NCBI RefSeq assembly: GCF_006345805.1
Contig: NC_043010.1
Coordinates: 38,378,001-38,442,000, forward strand
From: Octopus sinensis
Lineage: Eukaryota
Direction of reading: 5' to 3'
DNA: 64,000 bases
Below the pieces are notes generated by a model. That model did not search any database, was not told the DNA's origin, and worked only from the letters and a program-made list of their open reading frames with translations. Made by a program: the position numbers and the translations under genes. Of this stretch, positions 1 through 11,576 are shown in pieces; the stretch's first letter is position 1, and the number at the start of each line of letters is the position of its first letter.

Positions 1-174
1 GTACAATAGAGGTGCAATCTGTGAGTGGAACAGTAAAAATATGCAAGACTTTTCTCAAGTTCCAAATGTCAATTTGTCTATGTTAACTACATCTCAAAGA
101 TGGAGCCTTGTATCTTTGCTGGAAACCGGCTCCCTCCTCAGTGAAAGATTTATGATAATTAAAAAATAGAAGAG

Positions 175-305
175 ACATGCATACATACATATATACAGAT
201 ATTCATACATATATGCATGCATACATACAGACCTACATACATACATACATACATACATACATACATACATACATACATACATACATACTACTGACATACA
301 TACAT
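175..305. repeat. (TACA)n microsatellite
   Basis: Near-perfect ATAC tetranucleotide run. Confidence 0.95.
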
Positions 306-782
306 ATCCATGTATTCTTAAGGTTGACCCAAGGTCAGCCTTAGGTGACCTAGGATTGAAAGTTATTCAATTCATCGCCATGGAAACCCTATCTCTTCTC
401 CAGGTACAGTACATCTCACACTGTTTTTTTTTAAAGAGATTACGTTGGAATTTTTCAAATATATTTGTGTCACATATTTTCATTTACATATTCAGGCGCG
501 CGCGCGCACACAACACACACACACACACACCACACACACACACATGCACAAACACACATATACATACACACAAACAAATATATATGTGTATGTGTGGGTG
601 TATGTGTTCTAGCTTCTCCGGGAAAGCGCATACACCCTTTCTCTCCTGCGTTCTGTTTGTCTGTTTCTCATAATGTGTGTGCATGTGTGTGTGAGTGTGT
701 GTGTATGTATGTATATATATATATTATATTCTATATATATATATATAACATACATACACACACACTCACACCACGCATACTA

Positions 783-814
<32 letters not shown>

Positions 815-1065
815 TGTATATATACAAGAGAGAGACAGGCAGACAAAGTGAGTGAGTGAGAGTGAATGATAAATAGACAGAGTGAGATACATACACACAC
901 GCACACATATATACACACACACATACACGCACATATAGATAACAATATAGAGAGAGGCAATGAGAGAAATTGGCATGCTTGTGTGTGTGATTGCAGAATG
1001 GATGGGGTTCATTTATCTACGCTTGATTCTGTGTGTGCATAACTGTGCATATGTTTTAATAACAT

Positions 1066-1111
<46 letters not shown>

Positions 1112-1232
1112 GCGCATGCACACAAACAAATATATGTGTGTTTGCCTGAGAGTGTGTGTATAGATAGATGGACATACGTAAGCACTTACATAGATAAACA
1201 CACACGGAGTCACGCATATATAATCATATATA

Positions 1233-1443
1233 TACTCTTTTACTCTTGTACTTGTTTCAGTCATTTGACTGCGGCCATGCTGGAGCACCGCCTTTAGTCG
1301 AGCAAATCGATCCCGGGACTTATTCTTTGTAAGCCCAGTACTTATTCTATCGGTCTCTTTTGCCGAACCGCTAAGTGACGGGGACGTAAACACACAAGCA
1401 TCGGTTGTCAGGCAATGCTAGGGGGACAAACACAGACACACAA

Positions 1444-1504
<61 letters not shown>

Positions 1505-1672
1505 TACGACAGGCTTCTTTCAGTTTCCGTCTACCAAATCCACTCATAAGGCATTGGTCGGCCCGGGGCTATAGCAGAAGACACTTGCCCAAGATGCCAC
1601 GCAGTGGGACTGAACCCTGAACCATGTGGTTGGTTAGCAAGCTACTTACCACACAGCCACTCCTGCGCCTAT
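1233..1672 (-). mobile_element. tRNA-derived SINE family B (CORE-like domain, internal TA/CA microsatellite), full length
   Basis: Minus strand reads tRNA-like head (GTGGCTGTGTGGTAAG...GGGTTCAGTCCC), CORE-like CTTGGGCAAGTGTCTT, internal (TA)n(TG)n and a 3' end in AAGAGTAAAAGAG; many near-identical copies in the window. Confidence 0.9.
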
Positions 1673-2160
1673 AAGGGGCTTCATGAAATATATGCGTACT
1701 CTTCGTATACGGTTATGTGTATGGCCATACATGTATGTTTATACACAGAGGTGGGCATTTCAAGAAATAGCAGCTTCTTTCGCATTGTTTGGCTTTTCTC
1801 TGTCCCATATAACGCATCAACCTTAAACCAATAATACAATTAACAATAACAATAAGCTTCGCCTTTTTTTTAATTGTTTAGTCCTTCCGACTGTTTTTGG
1901 AGTACCTAATTCTTGGATTTCTCTCTGCCATTGGATTATGCCACCCTTTTATTCATTTGGGGCACGCCATTCTTGCACCTTTGATTGTATGTGTGTGTAT
2001 ATATGTGTGTGTGCGTGTGTGTGTGTGCGTGTATGTATATAGCCTATAGGGTTTTCATTGCACCCAGCTGCCAACATTAATTTTATACTATATATATATG
2101 TGTATGTGTGTATGCATATATACATATAAATATGTGTACTACATATATATATATATATAT

Positions 2161-2194
<34 letters not shown>

Positions 2195-2553
2195 CATATA
2201 TATACCATACATATATACACACACGCACACATATGCATGTATATATATGCAAGCACACGCACACACACACATACACACATATATATATGCATATACACAC
2301 ATAGATACAAGCATGATAAATATTATATACGGAGTACGATGTGTATTTGAGGACACATTATTACCAGTATGTTGCTCTCTTCAAACCAATTAACAGGTTC
2401 TATTTCTTTTAAATTTTACCATAGGCAGATAAGAATGCTCACACAAGAAATTAGAAAACATGCATTGTTACCATATGTGCGGCAAACAGACATTTAGAAA
2501 TCGCCAACGTTCTAAATGTTGCAAGACCTTTTTGTTCACAAACTTCGAAGAAC

Positions 2554-3400
2554 TGGAAGCCTATTGTGAGAAACCTGTTGTGGGAAGCCTGTCGTTAGAA
2601 CCATGTTGTGGGAAGCCTGTTGGTGGAAGCTTGTTGTAGGAAGCCTGTTGTGGGAGGCCTGTTGTGGGAAGCCTGTTGTTGGAAGCCTGTTGTGGGAAGC
2701 CTGTTGTGAGAAGCCTGATGTGGGAAGCCAGTTGTGAGAAGCCTGATGTGGGAGGCCTGTTGTAAGAAGCCTGTTGTGGGAAGCCTGTTGAGGGAATTCT
2801 GCTGTAGGAAGCCTGCTGTAGGAAGCCTGTTGTGGGAAGCCTGTTGTGGGAGGCCTGTTGTGGGAAGCCTGTTGTGGGAAGCCTGTTGTATGAAGCCTGT
2901 TGTGGGAAGCCTGTTGTAGGAAGCCTGTTGTGGGAAGCCTGTTGTGGGAAGCCTGTTGTAGGAAGCCTGATGTGGGAGGCCTGTTGTAAGAAGCCTGTTG
3001 TAAGAAGCCTGTTGTGGGAAGCCTGTTGAGGGAAGCCTGCTGTAGGAAGCCTGTTGTGGGAAGCCTGTTGTAGGAAGCCTGTTGTGGGAAGCCTGTTGTG
3101 AGAAGCCTGATGTGGGAGGCCTGTTGTAAGAAGCCTGTTGTGAGAAGCCTGTTGAGGGAAGCCTGCTGTAGGAAGCCTGCTGTAGGAAGCCTGCTGTAGG
3201 AAGCCTGTTGTGGGAAGCCTGTTGTGGGAAGCCTGTTGTAGGAAGCCTGATGTGGGAGGCCTGTTGTAAGAAGCCTGTTGTGGGAAGCCTGTTGAGGGAA
3301 GCCTGCTGTAGGAAGCCTGTTGTGGGAAGCCTGTTGTAGGAAGCCTGTTGTGGGAGGCCTGTTATGGGAAGCCTGTTGTGGGAAGCCTGTTGTAGGAAGC
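2554..3400. repeat. 14-bp minisatellite (GTGGGAAGCCTGTT)n, about 60 units
   Basis: Direct tandem repeat; the diagnostic variant TGATGTGGGAGGCC recurs at 2744, 2968, 3108 and 3248 (spacing 224, 140, 140). Confidence 0.97.
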
Positions 3401-3520
3401 CCCGAAAGGATGAAAGGCAAAGTCGACCTCGGCGGAATTTGAACTCAGAACGTAACGGCAGACGAAATACGGGTACGCATTTCGCCCTGCGTGCTAACGT
3501 TTCTGCCAGCTCGTCGCCTT
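3399..3520 (-). mobile_element. SINE family A (Meta-domain-like), 3'-truncated, fused to the minisatellite
   Basis: Head GGCGACGAGCTGGCAGAAACG, B box GAGTTCAAATTCC, Meta-like GAGGTCGACTTTGCCTTTCATCCTTTCGGGG, then the array starts. Confidence 0.9.
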
Positions 3521-4029
3521 ACGTGCACGAATTATTGACTAAAATGGATTTGTTTTTTGCCGGATTAAATTACCAACTATATCTTCAAGTACATCTTGCA
3601 TCTTGTGCATATACACATATATATATGTATATGTGTGTATGTACATACATGTGTGTGTGTGCGTGTGTCTGTGAGAGAGTGGGAGAGAGAGAAATTGTTA
3701 ATTCGAAGTTTGATATAGGAATGGACTTTACAAACTGTAAAACGTGTAAAAAAAATATATGCATATATATACACACATATGAACACATACACACACTCAC
3801 ACACGCACACATACATACATTCATTATAAATAACTATATATAATATTATATATAATATATATATATATATAATATATACAACCACCCCATACATACGCCT
3901 GTCCAGACCTATCCTAGGGTCATTCAACCCTATTATCAACCCTATTATCTCCCCTTATTTCGCTCTCGCGTCTCATGTTGATCTTTGACCTCTGGCCGAA
4001 ATCAGATCGCCATGTTGATTCGTTAGTTA

Positions 4030-4218
4030 CAGCACGCATTTTTTTTCTCTCCTTCTTTCTGTGTTTTTTTTCTCTCTGTGTATCTTTCTGTTGAAGAGCG
4101 TAGGCTCGAAACGTTAAAGACTTGTTTTATTTATATTTCCTGAGCGCCATACTAATACAATTGTTTGTTTGTTTTCCACCTGCCTTCGTCTTTTGTCTAT
4201 TTTCATAAAGCTTCCCGT
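4030..4218 (+). mobile_element. Short Penelope-type terminal-repeat element with variant hammerhead fold (copy 1 of 4)
   Basis: TCTTT-CTGTTGAA-GAGC(GTAG)GCTC-GAAACGTT-AAAGA at 4083-4120; homologous to 27505, 28462 and 61966; ends in (TA)n. Confidence 0.65.
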
Positions 4219-4780
4219 TATATATATATATATATATACATACATACATATATGTATGCATGTGCGTGTGCATATATATATATATATATACACACACACA
4301 GATGTTCACAAGGAAAAAAAAAACGATTGTTTAGTTGGAATTAACATTAAGCCCCCTATTAACTTAGCGTTGCCCTTTACACTCCTTTTGAGCAATCTAA
4401 AACAGTCATTTTATCATTGAGACTTTCGACAAATAAAGTTTCGCATTTATTAATTTTGTCTGAAAAATAATATTCCATTGTCCTTTAATTATAATAACTA
4501 TTATACTAAATTAAATCAATTTATTCACAATATGCAATATTATGGACAGACACAAGAATTTAGCGGCCTTCTCACTTGATATAATCAATTAACCATTTAA
4601 CTTCTTCCAGAAACTTCCTTGCAGAGCTGTTCATCCTTTATACTACTAAAGCTCAATTCTTGTCAGTTGTTTAAAATTTTATCCCATTGCCTTTCTTGTT
4701 AAATTACTCCCTAATATTTCTTGTGCTCAAAATTTATTTTCATTTGCACTACGCACACGGCATTATTCAAAACACCGAAA

Positions 4781-5310
4781 GACGGCGGACTGGCAGAAAC
4801 GTTAGCATATCGGGTGAAATGCTTAGCGGTATTTCGTCTGCGCTACGTTGTGAATTCAAATTCCGCCGAGGTCGACTTCGTCTTTCATCCTTTCGGGGTC
4901 GATAAATTAAGTACCAGTTACGAACTGGGGTCGATGTAATCGACTTAATACCTATGTCTGTCCTTGTTTGTTTCCTCTGTGTTTAGCCCCTTGTGGGTAA
5001 TAAAGAAATAGGTATTTCGTCTACCTTTACGTTCTGAGTTCATATTCCGCCGAGGTCGACTTTGCCTTTCATCCTTTCGGGGTCGATGAAATAAGTACCA
5101 GTTACGCACTTGGGTCAATATAATCGACTTAATCTGTTTGTCTGTCCTTGTTTGTCCCCTGAGTGTTTAGCCCCTTGTGGGTAGTAAAGAAATAGGTATT
5201 TCGTTTGTCGCCACGTTCTGAGTTCAAATTCCGCCGAGGTCGACTTGCCTTTCAGCCTTTCGGGGTCGATGAAATAAGTACTAGTTATGCCCACTTCCTA
5301 GAGTAGAAAT
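4781..5310 (+). mobile_element. SINE A tandem trimer
   Basis: One head, then units restarting at GGTATTTCGT (4828, 5011, 5195). Confidence 0.9.
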
Positions 5311-6347
5311 AATTATTCAAAAATCTCGAATATTAGATTTCTTGTTTCTTATTTGTCATGACCTTCTCTGTCTTAGAACAACCCCAACCCCCAATACAGT
5401 CTTAAACTTGATACCTTCATCTTGGTTGTTTTTTTTTTTACTGGTTTTGACCATTTCATCAAATAGCACCAAACACCAGCTTCTAACCTTTCCATAATCC
5501 CGCCTAACTTATTAACTTACGCCAAACTCGGCATTCTTTGCCTGGATATAAATAGATATTTTTATTAGCTATATATAAACAGAGATAAAAGGGAATACTT
5601 TCCACTCCATTAATCAGATAATACACACACACGCGCACACACACCACACACACACACATATATATATATATAGAGAGAGAGATATACATACATGCATACA
5701 TACACACACACACACACACACCCTTCACACTTCATTCTTTCCACTCGTCTTTCTTTCGTTCCCCGCCTCACATTTCCTGGCTTCCTCTTCATTCTCACCT
5801 TCCCTCCTCTTTCCTTTCACTGTCCCTTTTCTTCTTTTTTTCTCGTCCCTCACTAATTCTTCTGTCCCTCTGCTTCTACCTCTCTCCTCACTCTCCACGT
5901 AACCGGTGTTCGGTCAAGCCTGACTTTTCTTTCTTGGTTCGACTACCATCTGTGCAATATCTATATTCCTCCCCGTACCTGTCATCTCTTATGTTCCTTC
6001 CACACACGCCAGCTTAATTTAATTCGTCCTTAGTCGAAAGACACGTGTCGTTATGTCCTGTTATTTGCATTTGTATTTGTTTACCATTTCTTCGTTTCTT
6101 TTTTCCATCCCTGTTTTCGTATACATTCGTTGCTTTCTTCTAAAGAATCTAGTACTCTTAGGTTAGTTTTTTCCCTGGGGCTGGTCAGATTGGAGCAATC
6201 TCGAGTATAACCAGCCGAAATTGCAAAGATAATCTGGAACTCGACTGAGGAAAGAAAACTTCGAATGACCCGTCCATGTTTTTTCTTGTCCCTTTTTTGT
6301 ATCATCCGTCTGGATATTTTGCATTCGTGCCCCATTTTTTGTATTCC

Positions 6348-6395
<48 letters not shown>

Positions 6396-6601
6396 ATATA
6401 TATAATATTTGTGTGTGTGTGTGTATCATTTATTTGAAATTAAGGCTACTCTTGATTTTGTTAAGGCACTAGGATATTCTCCTACTTTTTTTGGCGCATG
6501 AAACCAATGGTAACCTCATTTTAAAAAAATAGAAAGTATATATCGACCAATGCGGTGTTGAGCACTCATTTCATCGTTCTATATTTACGTATGTATATAT
6601 A

Positions 6602-6634
<33 letters not shown>

Positions 6635-6799
6635 AACATATACATACACACATACACATTTATATAAGATGAGGACAAATATCCGTCAAATGTAAATAAT
6701 GTAAATAATGTAGATGATTTGTTTATAGTGATCAAATGTTTGTGTTCACATGAGCTCACTCTCTCCATCAGATCGACGTTACCTGTACAGGTACACCGT

Positions 6800-6947
6800 G
6801 TGTCACATGTCAAATGTCGAAATGATCGCAGAGCGACGTAAAATGAAGTGCTTTGCTAAAGAGCACAACGTAACATCCGGTCTGGGAATTGAAACCATGA
6901 CCTCGCAATCGTGAGTGCAACACCCTAACCACTAAGCCATGTGCCTC

Positions 6948-6948
<1 letters not shown>
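6800..6948 (-). mobile_element. SINE family C, 5' part
   Basis: GAGGCACATGGCTTAGTGGTTAGG head, homologous to 21439-21779. Confidence 0.75.
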
Positions 6949-6982
<34 letters not shown>

Positions 6983-6995
6983 AAACACATACACA

Positions 6996-7402
<407 letters not shown>

Positions 7403-7403
7403 A

Positions 7404-8708
7404 TGTTTCTTTATAGCCACACAGGGCTGCACACAGATAGAACAAATTACAAGGTAGAGCTTTCTTTTGAAGGTATTAAAAAAAAAAAAAAAAAAAAAAA
7501 GGAAGGGGGAGTTCGATCAAAAGGGATCGTAAAAGGACGAGAGAAAGAGGACAAAATAAGGGGGTTAAAAAACAAAAAAAGGGGGGGGGAGAGGAAAAAA
7601 AAATGATCATAGGGATCGTTATCACAGAAAGTCAATATGAAGTGTAAAGGGGAGGACAGTGAGGTTTACCCGTGGAAAGAAAAGCCTGCGGAAAGACCCA
7701 CGGTAACCTCGGTCAATGACGTCAATTTATATTTCTTTTTTTTTTTTTTTTTTTTTTTTTTGCAAATAAGCAACTTCTGTTTTCGATTTCTGGGTTCATA
7801 GGACTATGCTCAAGGTGGCTTCGTCATTCATTACGTGGCCATTCTTGCTACATTCACCCATCTTTTTTTAAAACATTCGCTAGACAAAACTTGCCTCTCT
7901 ACTCCACTTTCCTTTTCAAGTGGTACTTGAAGAAGTTGATGAGAGATTGACGAGAGGAAAGTGTTTGTCTCCAATCCTTTCAGACGCGTCCACCAGATAC
8001 ATTCTTTCGCCATAGCACAAAGGATGATGAAAATAGCTCTTCCTTCCCGTTTGAGGAAGGCGGCGTGACAATATTGACGATAGACTCAGCTGATAAACCG
8101 ACTCGTCCCACACGTGACAGCAGTTGTTCGACATAAGCCCACAGGTCGGAAATGTTGGACACTGAACGAGTTGCGTGCAGAACGGTTTCGTCGCTCTGAC
8201 CGCATCTCGGGCAGGTCGGCCCCGTGTTTCTCGAGCCGTGTCTGTAGAGCTTATCCCGAACGGGTTAGCGCTTCTCGGTAGCACTGCCAGGCCAGGATCT
8301 CTGGAAGTTGTCCATGGGCCCTGGCCCGAAGTCAGTCCCGAACAGGCGGGTCAGGTACTCCTCGTCGACTCCAGGTTCGCCCCGAGCTTGTCGTCGTACC
8401 TCCCCTCCACTAAACCCTATAGAATGCTTTGGTTGTGTTGAAGTCACTTAAGGTCGACCCAGGACGGCAGAGTTGCTTGAGAGAAACGCGACACTCGCGG
8501 TGCCATTCGCCCTTCCTCGGCCTCTTTTTGATCCACGACTGCAGTTCGGTCATGGAGGGAGACGAGCTGATGGAAAGCGTGCCTCACAAACGGCGACACA
8601 CCTGTTCACCGTCGTCTACATAGAGCCAGAGATGTCGCAGTCTCAGCGCGTGTTGCGCATCATTCAACCACGGCATGCCCAGCCCTCCTTTTAACGGGTG
8701 TTGACAGC
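7404..8708 (-). mobile_element. 5'-truncated Tx1/L1-clade non-LTR retrotransposon (ORF2 C-terminus plus 3' UTR), frameshifted
   Basis: Joined minus-strand frames give [12 protein letters not shown]...YREALPVRDKLYRHG...CPRCGQSDETVLHALVQC (zf-RVT-type CCHC)...AKECIWWTR; the stop is followed by a U-rich 3' UTR ending GCCCTGTGTGGCTATAAAGAAAC. Confidence 0.85.
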
Positions 8709-8786
<78 letters not shown>

Positions 8787-8790
8787 TAGA

Positions 8791-8843
<53 letters not shown>

Positions 8844-8846
8844 GAC

Positions 8847-8901
<55 letters not shown>

Positions 8902-8917
8902 CAGCAGACAGACAGAC

Positions 8918-8996
<79 letters not shown>

Positions 8997-9017
8997 TATA
9001 TAGACAGACAGACAGAC

Positions 9018-9055
<38 letters not shown>

Positions 9056-9083
9056 TAGATAGATAGATAGATAGATAGATAGA
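8709..9083. repeat. Compound (GATA)n/(GACA)n array
   Basis: Same composition and strand as 6996-7402. Confidence 0.97.
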
Positions 9084-9710
9084 CGCACACACACTCATAC
9101 ACATACATATATACGCGCATACCTACATTTTTGCATACTTGCACACATTTACACATATGTGGATATGTGTGTATATATGTGGATGGGGTGTATGTATTCC
9201 TGTAAATTCACAAAGAGTTCAGGTACATGGGTATGCATTCGTAAAAAAAAAACAGATTAGCGGTATGATCTCATCCACCGCATTACTGACCTTTACAGCA
9301 TCATCCGCCCCACCTCCCCCATAAAACAACACTTATGCCGGCCAACATCATCCTCACTTCCTCTACACATACCTTCACCATCTTTCCCTCTTGCTCTCCC
9401 TCATTGTCTTTCTTGCTCTGTATCGCCTTTCTCTTTCCCATCTCCTCATCACTCCGGCGTCCTTCACCTACGTCTCCGCCAATCTCTGGGGTTAATATCA
9501 TATTTAATATATCTTTAATGCGCGTATAATATTTTGTCCGTGCCGTAAGAAGGCTGGCCATGAAATCGGCTGACACGAATACTTGACCTCGAGATGGGAT
9601 TAAATACCCACTTTCTCTTCTCCATTCTCTCTCTCACTGTACATGTGTGTGTATGTGTGTGTGCCTGTATGGACTCTTAACCCCCTTTTTAATGATATAT
9701 ATATATACAC

Positions 9711-9741
<31 letters not shown>

Positions 9742-9751
9742 TGTATGTATA

Positions 9752-10140
9752 CAGTAGAACCTCGGTTTTCGAACAATTCTGATCACGAATAAATCGTACT
9801 TTATCTCCTGTCTTTCTCATATTCATTTAATACAGTAGTACCTCGATTAACACACTCACCGGTAAAATTTCCACTTATTCCTTATTTTTATTTTCCTAAA
9901 ATTTTCGTTGCGTCTTGCAACCTTTTCAATAGTCTTGGCTCTAAGTGGTAATTGTACCGGTGAGAGTGTTAAATTATAAGACACAAAAAGAAAATGACTC
10001 TCCCCAGACAAAAGAGAATATGCTTCAACACACGAACTCATAAAGAATCTTGCAAACCAAATCCAAAAACGAAATATATATATATATATAAAGCACGATT
10101 TATTCGAGATCAGAGCTGTTTGAAAACCGAGGTACTACTG
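9752..10140. mobile_element. Tigger/pogo-like MITE
   Basis: About 50-bp imperfect TIRs (CAGTAGAACCTCGGTTTTCGAAC... / ...GTTTGAAAACCGAGGTACTACTG) flanked by TA on both sides. Confidence 0.8.
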
Positions 10141-10220
10141 TATATATATCTCCTTCTCAGTATGTGTTTATACATAGATATGTATATATGAGTAAATATA
10201 TTTCTTGCGCTCCCCCTCAC

Positions 10221-10251
<31 letters not shown>

Positions 10252-10654
10252 GTATAAAATATATATATCCCCCTCTCTCTCTACCACACTACCACCAATG
10301 CCACTATCACTTAATACCACCTCCATTCATGCCATCTGCACCAACTGCGTCATCTAGCTAATGAGGGTAATGAGAGATAAGCAACCAAATCTCCTTCAAA
10401 GCACACCAAATCGCTTTTAAGAAAGAAAGAAAGAAAGAAAGAAACATTGGATGATAACGCCATCCTAGATACGCTAACTCTGAATAAATCAGATAGGGTG
10501 GTCACCTGCGGAACACTTTTGATAATAGGCTTGTTGAATATGGACGACCGTAGACTTATAAACAACAACAATAATAATGGTCTCAAATTTTGGCACAAGG
10601 CCAGCAATTTGGGGGAAGGGGTGAGGCGATTACATCGATTCCTGTGTTCAACAA

Positions 10655-10742
10655 GTGCTTATTTTATCGACCCTGAAAGAATGAAGGGCAAAGCCGACCT
10701 CGATGGACTTTGAACTCAGAACGAAAAGACAGACGAAATACT
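10655..10742 (-). mobile_element. SINE A fragment
   Basis: B box and Meta-like domain on the minus strand. Confidence 0.75.
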
Positions 10743-10789
10743 CCAGTTCTATATTTTAGAGATGAGGAATTATGTACAATATTTACATT

Positions 10790-10862
10790 GAGCGCGGGCT
10801 ACTAACCCCAAGATTCCGAGTTCGATTCCAAGCAGTGACCTGAACACTAATAATAATAATAA

Positions 10863-10893
<31 letters not shown>

Positions 10894-11101
10894 AAGAAAA
10901 GAAGAAGAAGAAGAAGAAGAAGAAGAAGAAAAAGAAGAAGAAGAAGAAGAAGATCGAAAAATACCTTAGGAATGAGAACCCAGGTTCGAAATTTCCCGAA
11001 GACACCTGAAGAAAGCTGGAAGGTATATCAACTGAAACGTTGTATTAACAACAAACAAGATAGGACAAATATCCGTTGAATGTAAATAATGTAAATAATG
11101 T
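10790..11101 (+). mobile_element. tRNA-headed SINE-like element with internal (TAA)n(GAA)n, hammerhead motif and Penelope-type tail
   Basis: GAGCGCGGGCTACTAACCCCAAGATTCCGAGTTCGATTCC head (B box 10818-10829), hammerhead-like 11001-11046, tail ending (TGTAAATAA)2; the tail also occurs at 6665-6712. Confidence 0.7.
11001..11046 (+). ncRNA. Minimal hammerhead ribozyme motif, degenerate stems
   Basis: GACAC-CTGAAGA-AAGCTG(GAAGGTATAT)CAACT-GAAACGTT-GTATT; core intact, one mismatch each in stems I and II. Confidence 0.55.
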
Positions 11102-11161
11102 AGACGAAATACTATGAAAGATTCTGCCAGCTCGCCGTTTTAACAACTACAAGAGCTATAA

Positions 11162-11576
11162 AGGCGGCGAGCAGGCAGAATCCTTAACACGCCGGGCGAA
11201 ATGCTTAGCGGTATTTCGTCTGCCGTTACGTTCTGAGTTCAAATTCTGCCGAGGTCGACTTTGTCTTTCATCCTTTCGGAGTCGATAAATTAAGTGCCAG
11301 TTACGCACTGGGGTCGATGTAATCGACTTAATCCGTTTGTCTGTCCTTGTTTGCCCTCTCTGCGTTTAGCCCCTTGTGGTTAGTAAAGAAATAGGTATTT
11401 CGTCTGCCGCTACGTTCTGAGTTCAAATTCCGTGGAGGTCGACTTTGTCTTTCATCCTTTCGGGGTCGATTAAGTAAGTGCTAGTTACTCATTGGGGTCG
11501 ATGCAATCGACTTAATCCCTTTGTCTGTCCTTGTTTGTCCCCTCCATGTTTAGCTTCCTGTGGACAATAAAGAAAT
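11162..11576 (+). mobile_element. SINE A tandem dimer
   Basis: Units start at GGTATTTCGTC at 11210 and 11394. Confidence 0.9.

Noticed and set aside
94-2350. HT/YI/CV-rich ORFs here and throughout the window
   Set aside because: Translations of (CA)n, (TA)n and (TACA)n repeats.
2536-3420. 294-aa ORF (TTGFPQQASHNRLP repeats)
   Set aside because: It is three phases of a 14-bp unit read through, starting at a TTG inside a SINE; no gene context.
6170-6232. GGCTGGT...ACCAGCC-GAAA stem with an inner AGATTG/CAATCT hairpin, resembling a hammerhead stem II
   Set aside because: No CUGANGA core upstream and no convincing stem I.
10447-10560. DDNAILD peptide resembling the L1 endonuclease GDWNAILD motif
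   Set aside because: The DNA matches a recurring SINE-tail-like repeat (about 12670-12840, 17720-17810, 40150-40320), not an ORF2 context.
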